Source: Narcine bancroftii
Lineage: Eukaryota
Direction of reading: 5' to 3'
Length of the DNA stretch: 64,000 nt
NCBI RefSeq assembly: GCF_036971445.1
Contig: NC_091470.1
Coordinates: 10,230,001-10,294,000 of the forward strand
Of this stretch, positions 26,157 to 38,724 are shown one piece after another. The position numbers were made by a program, and so were the translations under genes. The notes beneath the pieces are model-generated. The model was not told the origin of the DNA. It saw nothing but the letters and a program-made list of their open reading frames with translations, and did not search any database. Position 1 is the first letter of the stretch. Each line of letters starts with the position of its first letter.

Positions 26157-27952
26157 CTGGAGAAAACAAAAATATCCTCAGTCAAAAAGGAACGCAAATC
26201 AAACAGCTGCTTTGTGCTTTGGCTGTGTCCAGACCGGCCCCTGGCCCCAGGAAACAGAATTAACCCCTGGTAACGGCATAGACAAATGCGGCCATGGCGA
26301 AGGGGCCAAGACTCCCACAATGCACCAGCAGGGGACTGCTGGCCATGCTGGAGAATGGGTTACAAGAGTTCTGAGCAGAATTAGATCACACACCTCTTCC
26401 AACCTTCTCCACTATTCAACAAGATCACAGAGCGGTGGGGAGGGGGCAGGGAGCGGCAGGGCAGGTCTGTGGGACAGATAGAAACCATGATGCCGATTCT
26501 GTGGGGGGGGGGGGGTGGGGTTTAAGTTTCTCATCGTGTGACCTGGAGCTACAGAGGCTCTCAGATTCAGGAGCGTACAGAGCAGATTGGTCCCAATACA
26601 AGGGTGAGAGGCTTGCTGTGGTTTCTAGCTCGTTGAGCCGGGAGCAGGGACAGGCTGGAGACCAGACAATGCACAGAGTCATCGGAGGCTTGTGACGTTA
26701 CAGGGAGCACCAGCATTTTACAATCAACTCACACGTCAGCTGCCATCTCTTCAGAATCGACACAAAGTGAGCTGCCTCAGAGCCTGTGGATCTGGATGTA
26801 ACAACTGAAAAAGACTGCAGCTAATTTGGGAACAAACGTTCTTTCTAATACGGGAGTACTGCTGGGAGTTGCACAACTCCAGTTGGATGACATCGCAGCC
26901 CCCATCCCCGCTGTCATCACTCCCCAAGCGACCAATCCTTTACGGACCACTGCAGGCATCACAACCTGCTCAGCTCCACAAATACCAAGAAATCACTAAC
27001 TAAAACACACCTGTTGCTGCATGGTCTCACTTGGCTGCCATCAGTCCCAGCCCAGTCGCAGCTGGGGACTCTGGCAAAAGCAAAGCTCGTTCACCAACCC
27101 GCACAAGCAGCACCATCATCTCCTCAACACCGCCACCCCCCCCCCCCCACCCCCAGCACACCTCGCTCAGCTTGCTCAGTCCTTCTCGAGTGGAACACAA
27201 CAGTATGCAGACGCTGTGATCGTAGTTTAAAGAAAACAGAAATGCTGGAGGAACTCAGCTGGTCTCACAGTCTCCATAGGAGGCAATGATACATAATGGA
27301 TGTTTCAGGCCTGAGTCCTTCCTCAAAGTTTGAGTAAAAAGCAAGCAGGCATCTGAATAAAAGGCTGGGGAGAGAAGGGAAGAAAGGGTGGGGGGGGGGG
27401 AAGAGCACAGACCCACAGACAAAAGGGGTTAATTGGACGGATGGGAGGACAGGAGAGGGAAAAGGCGAGAACTGATTGGGGGAGGGGAGGGTTATTTGGG
27501 GTGCTGAGAAAGCAGAGTTGGGGAAAGGAGACACGGGGAAAGATGGGGTAGGGGGTGGGCGAACCGAAACTAGAGAAGTCAGTGTTAGTGCCACCTTCGG
27601 TTGGAGGATGGCCGACAGCATACGAGGTATTGTTCCTCTAATTTGCAGATGCTCTCCGTTTGTACTCTGGACCACTGCTGGCCTGAGGCACAGCAGAGAA
27701 GCTCAGGGCCAAGGTGCAGCCTGCATCACATCGCAACAGTGCCTGGTAACGGTCGGAAGCTGCAGGTAGCTCTGTACAAAGACCAGGCTGTCGGGTCACT
27801 GGCCTTAACCAGCAGGTACAGCAGCGAGGGCGAGAGGTAGGCTTCAAAGGCAAGAGGACTGGGAGCTTCATCAGCCATGGGGTGGTTGGGCCAAGTGGCC
27901 ACTGCTGTGTTTGACTCTCTGCCCCCATCCCCCAACCAAGCCACCTAATTAC

Positions 27953-28046
27953 CTGTTTCCTGCGTCTGTCTGGCACTTGTCACCTCCTTCCATCAAGTGA
28001 AGCCTGGACATTTGCGAGCTCACCCCAACCTCAGACTTCTCCGATT
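27953..28046 (-). CDS. TMED8: TMED8 internal exon (probable exon 2), 94 nt, phase 1-2
   Basis: tgtttttaatgcag acceptor and CAG|gtaatt donor. Encodes SEKSEVGVSSQMSRLHLMEGGDKCQTDAGN(R); AG+A gives Arg across the junction with the next exon. Confidence 0.75.
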
Positions 28047-28094
28047 CTGCATTAAAAACAGATGAGAAATTATCCTCTAAACACAAGACACTGT

Positions 28095-28345
28095 ACACCA
28101 TATAGACTGCAGTCCACCCGCACGATGCAGTGCACCGTATGGACCACAGTCCACCCACACCGACCGCAGTCCGCCCACATGACTCAGTACATCGTTCGCA
28201 CAATGCAGCCACCACCCATATGACACAGTACACTGTACGGACTGCAGTCCACCCGCATGACTCAGTCCCTTGTCCGCACAACGTAGTCCACCACCCGCAT
28301 GACGCAGTACACTCTAGACAACGCTGTCTGCCATCCGCATAACAC
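28095..28345. repeat. Degenerate tandem repeat just upstream of the TMED8 exon-2 acceptor
   Basis: Recurring GCAGTCCACCCGCATGAC.CAGTACA motif, ~6 diverged copies. Confidence 0.7.
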
Positions 28346-28480
28346 GGTATACCGTGGTAGAGCAAAGAGCAGAGACATAGCGCTCCTCCACAGGGTCCTA
28401 CTGCCCGTTTGTTACCCTGACAGCCCCGGGCAGGCTTAAACGGCCTGGAGAATGGACAGGCAGTGTTTCAAATGTTCTAT

Positions 28481-28700
28481 TTAAATTTAGACATAGAGCA
28501 CGGTAACAGGCCATTACGGCCCACGGATCCATGCAGCCCAATTAATCTACATCCCCAGTACATTTTGAACAGTGGGAGGAAACCGGAGAACCTGGAGGAA
28601 ACGTATAAATTCCTTACAGACAGCACAGGATTCGAACCCTGGTCCCAATCACTGGCGCTATAAAGGCATTGTGCTAACCGCTACCTCAACTATGCCACCC
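28481..28700 (-). mobile_element. tRNA-derived V-SINE (HE1-like)
   Basis: - strand begins GGGTGGCATAGTTGAGGTAGCGGTTAGC (A-box region) and contains GGGTTCGAATCC (B box) and the V-domain-like CTCCGGTTTCCTCCCAC. Confidence 0.8.
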
Positions 28701-28799
28701 ACTTTATCTTTAAACATTGACAAACCCATGGAGATTCAAGTCCAAGATGGTGTTACCCATGTTCAGTAGCCCAGACCATGAGGGGTGTGAGCTCCAGAG

Positions 28800-30490
28800 G
28801 AAATTAGGAAGGCAAAAAGAATTCATGAAGGTGCTTTGGCAGATAATGGGAAGGAAAATCCAAAGGGTTTCTACAAATATATTAAAAGTAAAAGGATAAT
28901 AAGGGACAAAATTGGACCCCTAGAAAATCAGAGGGACAACTACGTGTGGAGCCTTGTGAAATGGGGGAGATTTTAAAGTTTTTTTGCATCAGTATTTACA
29001 AAGGAAACTGGCATCGTGAATAAGGATGGAAGGGAAACAAATAGAAGCGTCATGGAACATATGGAGATTAAGGAGCAGGAGGTGCTCGCTGCCTTACAAC
29101 GAATGAAGGTGGACAAATCCCCTGGACCGGATATGATATTCCCCCTGTACCTTAAGGGAGACGAGAGCTGAAATTGCAGGGCCCCTGACAGATATATTAA
29201 AAATGTCCTTGGTCACAGGGGAGGTACCGGAGGATTGAAGGGTGGCTCGCGTTGTCCCGCTGTTTAAGAAGGGCTCCAAGAGTAAACCAGGCAATTATTA
29301 GACCAGTGAGTTTGACGTCCGTAGTGTGTAAATTAAGGACAGTCAGCATGGATTTGTGTTGGTAGTTCATGTTTAAGAAATCTTGTAGAGTTTTTTGAGG
29401 AAGTTACCAAGATGGTTAACGAGGGAAAGGCTATGTGGAATTTAGTAAGGCCTTTGACAAGGTTCCACGAGAGGTTGGTTCAGAAGGTCAGAGAGGTTGT
29501 AAACTAGATTGGTGGAAGAAAACAGAGAGTGGTGGATGGTGGCTTCTCAGACTGGAGGTCTGTGTCGAGTGGTTTACCTCAGGGATCTGTGTTGGGACCA
29601 TTATTGTTTGATATCTATATAAATGGTGAATTGGATCAGCAAATTTGCTGATAACACTAAGATAGGAGGCGTCGTGGACAGTGAGGAAGATTTTCAAAGC
29701 TTGCAGAGGGATCTGGACCAGCTGGAAAATTGGGCAAGTAAATGGATGATGGAATTTAATGTAGATAAGTGTGAGGTGTTGCACTCGAAAGAGTGAATCA
29801 GAGTGCGGAGGAGCAAAGATCTCTGGGAATACAAATACATTGTTCCCTGAAGGTGACGTCGCAGGTGGACAGGGTTGTAAAGAAAGCTTTTGGCATCTTA
29901 GCCTTTATAAATCAAAGTATTCAGTATAGAAGTTGGGTGTCATGTTGAAGTTATTCAAGTCATTGGTGAGACAGTTCTGGTCACCCAGCAGCAGGAAAGA
30001 TATCAATAGCATTGAAAGAGTGCAGAGAAGATTTACTAAGATGTTGCCGGATCTTCAGGAGTTGAGTCACTGGGAAAGATTAAACAGGTTAGGACTCTAC
30101 TCCTTGGAACGAAGAAGAATGAGGGGAGACTTGATAGAGTTTATAAGATTACGAGTGGAATAGACAGAGTAGATGTGAGTAGGATGGGGGAGATAAATAC
30201 GAGAGGTCATAGCTTTAAGCTGAAAGGGGAGAGGTAGAAGTGGAACATTAGGGAAAAGTTTTTCACTCAGAGAGTGGTGGGAGTGTGGAATGAGCTGCCA
30301 TCTGATGTAGTGAATGCAGATTCAATCTTGAGTTTTAAAAATAAATTGGATAAATACACAGATAGGAGAGGTCTGGAGGGCTATGGAATGAGAGCAGGTC
30401 AGTGGGACTAGCTAGTTTCATTGGTCAGCACAGACCAGCAGGGTCAAATGGCCTGTTTTTCTGTGCTGTAATGTCCTATGGTTCTATGGA
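28800..30490 (+). mobile_element. CR1 LINE ORF2 3' half with 3' UTR, same subfamily as 12620-16287
   Basis: DKSPGPD-type DNA, LGLYSLERRRMRGDLIE; shares GAGGTCATAGCTTTAAGCTGAAAGGGGA with 16251-16280; CTATGGTTCTATG tail. Confidence 0.92.
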
Positions 30491-31384
30491 TCAGCACAGT
30501 GTACAAGAGGGGAGAACACCCCACCCATCCCCTCCCTTCCCTGACTTCCGAGAAGCTTGGGAGAGGACCCTATACAGGGAAAGGATTAGCGAGGGGCTCA
30601 CACCAGACTGCAGGTTGCTGGAAACGGACTCCTGGGAACCAGGGATTGGAACTGGGATCATGAGGGTGCTGAGGGCAAACAATACTCCTGAAAGGCCTGT
30701 AGGAAGCTAACGTTCCTGCCTCCACCACTCTATCTGGCAGCTCGTTCCATATGCCCAGCACCCTCTGAGTGAAGAACTGACTCCTCATGTCCCTCTAAAT
30801 CCTATCTCCCTCACCTTATCGTTTTACCTTCTCATCTTAACATTCTCCCAGTCCGTGAAACAGACCATCACTGTTCACCTTAACTCCGCTTCGCATGATT
30901 TATAGACCTCAGGGAGATCCCCTCCTCTGAACCTCCAACACGGAGGAAAACAACCCCAGCTCTTCCAGTCTCTCCCAATAACTCAACTTCCCTAATCCTG
31001 GCAATAACCCTGTAAAGCTCTTCTGCACCCTTTCCAACTTTAAAAACATCCTTCCTGGAGCTCGGTGACCAAACCTGCACACAAATTCCAAATGTGGCCC
31101 CACCATCATGATGTATACCTCTAACAGGACATCCAAACACTTTGATTCAATACCCTGACCAATAGAGGCAAGTATCTCACTCTCTTCACTGCCATCTATC
31201 TTTACAGACCTGTACCTGCACCCCTAGATCCTTCTGCTCCACAACGCACTTTAGGCCACTAACAAAGTAAATCCTGCCCTGGTTGGATTTACCCAAATGC
31301 AGAACCTTGCACTGCTCCCAGTTGAACGGCATCTGCCATTCCTTCGCCCACTTCCCCAGCTGGTCCAATGTAACCTTCCTCATT

Positions 31385-34300
31385 AGGTGTTTTTAAGCTG
31401 CAGCACCCGGGTCACCCTGCTGGGACCCAGGAAGGATTAGTAGGGCAAAAGAGCCCCCAGCACCTTTTAAGCTGAGGGGGGAAATCAACTCAGTAAATCA
31501 CCAACCTGGCAATTTAAGGGGATCCCGTCCCCATGATGACGCAGTAAGTGATGCATCACACAAACTAGTCTCCAGTTCCCCCCCCCCCACCCCCACCAGC
31601 CGTCAGTCTCCCTACAACCCCACGGCAGCCGACACTTCTCTCTCCCCAGCGGCAGCCACCCCTCGCCTCTCTCCCACGCGGAAGCCACCCCTCGCCTCTC
31701 CCCCCCGCGGCAGCCTCTCCCCCCCGCGGCAGCCTCTCCCCCCCGCGGCAGCCTCTCCCCCCCCCCGCGGCAGCCTCTCCCCCCCCCCGCGGCAGCCTCT
31801 CCCCCCCCCCCGCGGCAGCCTCTCCCCCCCCCCGCGGCAGCCTCTCCCCCCCCCCGCGGCAGCCTCTCCCCCCCCCCGCGGCAGCCTCTCCCCCCCCCGC
31901 GGCAGCCTCTCCCCCCCCCGCGGCAGCCTCTCCCCCTCCGCGGCAGCCTCTCCCCCCCCGCGGCAGCCTCTCCCCCCCCGCGGCAGCCTCTCCCCCCCCC
32001 GCGGCAGCCTCTCCCCCCCGCGGCAGCCTCTCCCCCCCGCGGCAGCCTCTCCCCCCTGCGGCAGCCGACCCCTCCCCTCTCTCCCCCGCGGCAGCGACCG
32101 CTCCCCTCTCTCCCCCGCGGCAGCGACCCCTCCCCTCTCTCCCCCGCGGCAGTGATCCCTCTCCTCTCTCCCCCGCGGCAGCCGAACGCTCTTCTCCGCG
32201 GCAGACAACCCCTCTCCTCTCACCCCCGCGGGAGCCGACCCCTCTCCTCGCTCCCCCGCGGCAGCCGACCCCTCACCTCTCTCCCCCGCGGCAGCGACCC
32301 CTCTCCTCTCTCCCCCATGGCAGCGACCCCTCTCCTCTCTCCCCCATGGCAGCGACCCCTCTCCTCTCTCCCCCGCGGCAGCGACCCCTCTCCTCTCTCC
32401 CCCGCGGCAGCGACCCCTCTCCTCTCTCCCCCGCGGCAGCGACCCCTCTCCTCTCTCCCCCGCGGCAGCCAACCCCTCCCCTCCGTGGCAGCTGACCCCT
32501 CTCCTCTCTCCCCCACGGCAGCCGACCCCAATCCACTCTCCCCCGCGGCAGCGACCCCTCTCCTCTCTCCCCTGCGGCAGCGACCCCTCTCCTCTCTCCT
32601 CAGCGGCAGCGACCCCTCTCCGCTCTCCCCCGCGGCAACCAACCCCCCTCTTCTCTCCCCAGCGGTGCCGAACCCTCTCATCCATGGCAGCCAACCCCTC
32701 TCCTTTCTCCCCTGTGGCAGCGACCCCTCTCCTCTCTCCCCCGCGGCAACAATCCCTCTCCTAACTCCCCCGCGGCAACAACCCCTCTCCTCTCTCCCCC
32801 GCGGCAGCGACCCCTCTCCTCCCGTGGCAGCCGACCCCTCTCCTCTCTCCCCCGCGGCAGCGACCCCTCTCCTCTCTCCCCCGCAGCAACCAACCCCCCT
32901 CTTCTCTCCCCAGCGGTGCCGAACCCTCTCTTCCATGGCAGCCAACCCCTCTCCTTTCTCCCCTGTGGCAGCGACCCCTCTCCTCTCTCCCCCGCGGCAA
33001 CAATCCCTCTCCTAACTCCCCCGCGGCAACAACCCCTCTCCTCTCTCCCCCGCGGCAGCGACCCCTCTCCTCCCGTGGCAGCCGACCCCTCTCCTCTCTC
33101 CCCCGCGGCAGCGACCCCTCTCCTCTCTCCACCGTGGCAGCGACCGCTCTCCTCTCTCCCCCCGTGGCAGCCGGCCCCTCTCCTCTCTCCCCCGCGGCAG
33201 CCGGCCCCTCTCCTCTCTCCCCCGCGGCAGCCGGCCCCTCTCCTCTCTCCCCCGCGGCAGCCGACCCCTCTCCTCTCTCCCCCGTGGCAGCCACCCCCTC
33301 TCCTCTCTCCCCCGCGGCAGCGACCCCTCTCCTCTCTCCCCCCGTGGCAGCCGACCCCTCTCCTCTCTCCCCCGCGGCAGCCGACCCCTCTCCTCCATGG
33401 CAGCTAACCTCTCTCCCCCGAGGCAGCCAACCTCTCTCCCCCGTGTCAGCCGACCCCTATCCTTTCTCCCCCGTGGCAGCGACCCCTCTCCTTTCTCCCC
33501 CGTGGCAGCGACCCCTCTCCTCTCTCCCCCGCGGCAACAACCCCTCTCGTCTCTCCTCCGCGGCAGCCAACCCCCCTCCTCTCGCCCCCGCAGTGCCGAA
33601 CCCTCTCTTCCATGGCAGCCAACCCCTCTCCTCTCTCCCCCGCGGCAGCGACCCCTCTCCTCTCTCCCCCTTGGCAGCGACCTCTCTCCTCTCTCCCCCG
33701 CGGCAGCGATCCTCTCCTCTCTCCCCCGCGGCAGCCGACCCCTCTCCTCCGTGGCAGCTGACCCCTCTCCTCTCTCCCCCGCGGCAGCCGACCCCTCTCC
33801 TCTCTCCCCAGTGGCAGCGACCTCTCTCCCCCGCGGCGCCAACCCCTTTCCTTTCTCCCCCGTGGCAGCGACCCCTCTCCTCTCACCCCCGTGGCAACAA
33901 CCCCTCTCCTCTCTCCTCCACGGCAGACAAACCCCCCTCCTCTTCTCCCTGCGGCGCCGAACCCTCTCTTCCGTGGCAGTCAACCCTTCTCCTCCCTCCC
34001 CCGCAGCAGCGACCCCTTTCCGCTCTCCCCCGTGGCAGCGACCCCTCTCCTCTCTCCCCCGTGGCAGCGACCCCTCTCCGCTCTTCCCCGTGGCAGCGAC
34101 CCCTCTCCTCTCTCCCCCGCGGCAGCGACTCCCCCATGGCAGGGACCCCACTCCTTTCTCCCCCGCGGCAGCCGACCCCTCTCCCACTAATTGTGGTGAC
34201 TCCCCCTCCCCAACATTGATCTCACTCCCTCCAATTGTGGCCCGTCTCTCCCCTTCGCGGCAGCGACCTCTCATCCCTCCACCCCCGCCCCCCCCCCCAA

Positions 34301-34463
34301 TCACTGCAGACTCTTCAGCCGGGGTTCCCTGACTACCTCTGAGGTCGGGCAGGGACCTGGTTCACTTTGGATGACACTGACTAAGTACGACCCTTTCAAG
34401 CTGCCTTGTGAGTGGGGCGCAAATTGCCCTGTTAACCCCATTTTACAAGTTTTGAAAGCACCT
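31385..34463. mobile_element. Non-autonomous PIF/Harbinger-like DNA transposon carrying an expanded minisatellite
   Basis: Left end AGGTGTTTTTAAGCTG; right end reverse complement AGGTGCTTTCAAAACT; 3-bp direct repeat ATT at 31382-31384 and 34464-34466. Confidence 0.7.
31615..34270. repeat. GC-rich minisatellite: ~20-bp units (31700-32060), then ~29-30-bp units
   Basis: CCCCGCGGCAGCCTCTC(C)n followed by CCCCGCGGCAGCGACCCCTCTCCTCTCT, with internal block duplication (e.g. ~32630-32870 vs ~32873-33120). Confidence 0.97.
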
Positions 34464-35859
34464 ATTCTCTACCATAACATATATTTTCACATTATCAGCA
34501 AACATGTTCACCTTTCCATAAATATCTTGTCTAAATCACTGACACATGTTAGAAAAAGCAAGGGACCCAGTACCGAACCCTGAGTCACTCCCTTGGTCAC
34601 GGGTCTCCAGTCTGAGAAACTGCCTCGACACCCAGTCTCTGACTTGTCCCACTGAGCCAGTTTAACGTCCAGTTAGCTAGTTGGCCTTCTATCCCATGTT
34701 CCACACCAACCTACCACATGGCACTGAATCAAATGCTTTATTAAATTTCATATCAATTACATCAGCTGCCTCTACCCTCTGCAAAAAATTCTGTGAGTTT
34801 GTAAAACACGATTTCCTGCGTACAATTTACCACACACAAATCCATTCAGGCTCTGCTAAATTTTCCCTTGACCATCCAAATATTGAGTTTCTATACCTCA
34901 GCATCCTCCCCATCATTTTCCCAACCACTGACATCAGACTGACTGTGGTTAACAGCATATCCTACAGCCACATCTGGCATCCTCCAGAACTTCTACCCCC
35001 AGCAATGTCTGTCGAGGCCCCAAGCAATTTCATCCCTGCCTTCCCACAATGTTCTGGGATGCACCTTGTCTGGACCTGGAGATTTATCCACTTTGACACA
35101 ATCTGAGACGACTAACACCTCTTCAGTTTTGTCCAATTTACCAGCGTTGTGTTTTTACTTCAACCACAATGTCTACAGACTTTTGAGTTTTAACTCTCAC
35201 TGCTGACAATAAAGGAATAACACATCCAAAAACTGGTGATCACTAATCCCAGAGCAATTTGATGTTCCTTATTGTCATCTGATTATACAAGCACAACCTG
35301 ACAAAACAGCGTTCTCCAGTCCTCGGAGCAAAGCATGCAGTCACACGACCAGACAAGTGATATGGGACAGGGTGGATTGTTGAGACAGGACCAGGTCAAC
35401 TCTAACATTATCTAAGGGAAGCAGACTGCTGGCCTGCCACCTCACCCATAATCTGGTGCATCCCCTCCATACCTTGGTCGCTGTGTATACCATCTACAAA
35501 GTGCAATGCACCCACTCACCAAGCATTCATCAACAGAACCTCCCAACCCCGTCACCTACACCACCATGAAGGGCATAGGCCACAGGTTTTGGGGGGGGGG
35601 GGGGGGTTCAGAAAACACTTTGACCGGCTGGCAGGGCAAGGGCAGGGGCTCCTCTATCAGGCACCATCCAAGAAGAATCAATATTGACTTGGAAATCTAT
35701 CATTATCCTTCTGTGTCCAAGTTCTGGAACTACCCCCCACCCCCAGCAGAAAAGCTGAACATGCTGGAAAAACTCCCCAGGGTAGGCAGCTGCAGAGGAG
35801 AAAACCAGAGTTAATGGTTTCTGACCAGCAGCTTTTAAATCAGGAGTAAAACAGGAGAG

Positions 35860-36470
35860 TCTGCAGACAAGGTGGTTGAAGTAAAAACACAAAGCTAGCA
35901 GGTCCAACAGTGTATTTTATGTAGCAGAGGTAAAAATATATAACCAACCTCCGGGCTTGAGCCCTTCATCAAGGCATGAGCAAAATGTAGGCAAGCACCT
36001 CGGCTCTGTCCGCTACAATAGCGTAAATCTCCTCGCGGCCACCCATTTCAATTCCCTCACTGACATGTCTGTCCGTGGTCTCATGCACGGCCAGGCTAAG
36101 ACCGCCCACAAATTGAAGGAACAACACCTCATCTTCCATCTGTGCACCCTCCAACCGGATGGCATTAACATAGACTTCTTCGGTTTCCATTGAACCCCCC
36201 CCCCTCCATTTTTGTCCCCCTGTCTTCTTTCCTCTATCTCTGTCTCCCTCTCCTGCCCCCATTCCCTGTCTCCTTTCACAGAGCTAAAATCAATTCTCAC
36301 CTTTCCTCTTGTCATAACCCTCTTCCATCCAAGTCTTTATTCAGATGCCAGCCTGCATTTTATTTATACTGAGGAAGAGCTCAGGCCCGAAATGTCGGGA
36401 ATATACCTTTAACTCAAATGAATGCTACGAGATTGGCTAAGTTTCTCCAGCATTTCTGTGTGTTTTTATT
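35860..36470 (+). mobile_element. Penelope-like element 3' end with inverted pLTR arrangement
   Basis: HLGSVRYNSVNLLAATHFNSLTDMSVRGLMHGQAKTAHKLKEQHLIFHLCTLQPDGINIDF resembles a Penelope GIY-YIG C-terminus. Confidence 0.85.
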
Positions 36471-38724
36471 TCCATGGCCTGCCTTCTCTCCACCAGTTTG
36501 TGTTGGGGAGTGGGTCACTTGGACAACTCTTTCATCGCTCACAGGTGAGTGGCTGGTGGCCATCTCAGACACAAGGTCAGTTTTGTGGCTTGGGCAACCT
36601 TGGGCACAGGGGTTCACTGGCCTCCCTCTGTGCCACAAAAATCCATGCTTCTCTCTGGCACCAGGAGCATAAAAACACAGCAAAATGCTGGAGGAACTCA
36701 GCCAGTTTTTTAGCATCTATTGGAGACAATATATTACTGATGTTTCAGGTCTGAGCCCTTTTTCAAGAAATGTGCCCACACCAATGTGTTGAATGCCTGC
36801 TCCAAAGCCTCTCCGTGCCTCCGAGCTGAAGTTAGTTAAGTGCATCCTTGTGAAGTGTCTGGGGACAATTACGGAGTTAAAAGCTGTTATATAAAAACAA
36901 GTTGTTATTTGTGGATCTCAGAGTCCCAAGACGTGAATGAAAGCACAAAGAAAAAGCTGAGTGGGGTGTGATTTACGATGTTGATGCTGACATCTGAATT
37001 TCCCTTCACGCACGCAGTGAAGGTCAGCCACCTGCGTAAATCACTACTTAGGTTAAACCATTAAATCACCCAGAGTCCTCTGACTCTACACAGCATCCCT
37101 CCTTCCCAGAGAGCACAAATACCCGGTCTCTGGGCCCACAACCTTAGGCGTTTTACACACCCAGGGATAGGTTTCTTTATTTTAATCCCCCACTTGCCCT
37201 CCCAACCTCCCTGATTTGACCCCAAGGTCCACAACCTCAAGTGACTCTGCTGTTCCTTTCCAGATCTCTCCCAGACCCAACATCACATTTCTCCATCTAC
37301 CAGCCCCTCGTCCCACTCTCTGGGAATCGCTACACCCCATCACACACCTGTCCAAAGTACTGCCATCTCCCCACCTTTCCCCCTCTGGGATAGTTAAAAC
37401 TGATGAAATTAAATTTTCCACTTCTGATATTTCTCTCCCTCCAGGCACTGCCCTGCCAGGCAGGGGGAATTTCTGAGTTCCAGTTCCTGTTTTGCAAGGT
37501 ACTCATGAATTTCAGTTATCCTGGAATAGCTCAACCACTTATTGCCTTTCACATCTCTCCTGTTTACCAACCCTCCTGCCACTAGAAATAATTGGTTGAA
37601 TAAGAAAATCTGTAGCTGCTGGGGTCAAGTGCAATACATAGATGTGCTAGAGAAACTCAACAGGTCTCACAGCACCCAATGGAAGGCAGGATAAGCAACG
37701 TTACAGGCCTAGGCCCTCTATCGATAATAAGAAATACAGACAGATGCCTGGCTAAAAAGGAGGGGGAAGAGGGGCAGGGAGAGGAGCACTGGCTAACAAG
37801 TGAGAGGTCAGAGCAGATATTATTTGTTGTCATGTAATAAAAGACAAATATAATATTTCACTAAACTGCCTTTCATCTGCCAGAAGGCAAATATTCACCA
37901 TGAGCATTGCTGGTTCCCCTTACAGTTAGAGAAAGAGAAGCAAGAGAGCTCCCCCAGGGTCACTGAGCATCCATGGATTTGCATCCAGTGCTTCTGCAGA
38001 CTCCACAGTTCAGTTCATACCATGGGCAACCCAAGCTCAGATCCAAACCTCTGACACAATGAGGAAGCCTTCAGAACCCGACCCCCTTTGAATCCAACTT
38101 CCGATACCTGGTTCTCCAGTCTCCAGCAGCCCACAGGCGTACATGATCCTCACCAATAAGTCGCCATCAACCGCCACCTGTGTGTGTGTCCTTCAGCCAC
38201 ACAGTACTTCCCTGATTCATCACCGTGGTCACTATCCTTGGGGTCATTTCTTCTGCTTCTCCTTCTCAATGAGAGGGCGGGGGGTGTCCTGTTACAGGTG
38301 CCTTGCGCCAGCCTGCTGCTCCCCCGGAGTCTGCAACCCCTTGCTGCCATTGCCGAACACAGCCACCTTTATCTTGGGCCCAGGTAACATGCAGTCAGCC
38401 ATCTTCCCTTCTATCCTCTCACCTGTATCCAATATCCATGCCAACCAAAATTTATCAAGATCTCTAACACGCAGGCGCAAAGTTCACAATGCCAGCCACT
38501 CCTGAAGATCCCCTCACATTGTAAAAGTGTTTTAATCCTGCCATCATGTGACTTCACTCACTTGGCACTATAATGACATGTTGTTTGAGCCTGCATCCAC
38601 ATTTACCTTCAGCATCAATGAAGGTTGAGCTGACCAATCTCGTCAGGAAGCACCAACATCCCTGCTGCAAAGCTCCAGGTTAAAATAGCAACAATAATCT
38701 GGTATTTCCCGCAGTGTTACAAAA

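Larger units (their letters stand above)
30695..35120 (-). mobile_element. Old CR1 fragment split by a DNA transposon at 31385-34463
   Basis: FFTQRVLGIWNELP and LDQLGKWAKEWQMPFN on the left; RT-region remnants continue from 34467. Confidence 0.8.

Noticed and set aside
31612-34332. Long ORFs, or the TMED8 promoter CpG island
   Set aside because: The ORFs are repeat translations. The CpG-rich block lies within a TIR/TSD-bounded element nested in a CR1.
36473-36550. ATG...CAG|GTGAGT exon-like segment on the + strand
   Set aside because: It ends in phase 2, incompatible with SAMD15 exon 2 (phase 0), has no SAM similarity, and lies between Penelope fragments.
37395-37428. C/D-box snoRNA (TGATGA...CTGA)
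   Set aside because: The boxes are only ~17 nt apart, too short for a snoRNA, with no clear terminal stem. It is treated as a short duplication instead.
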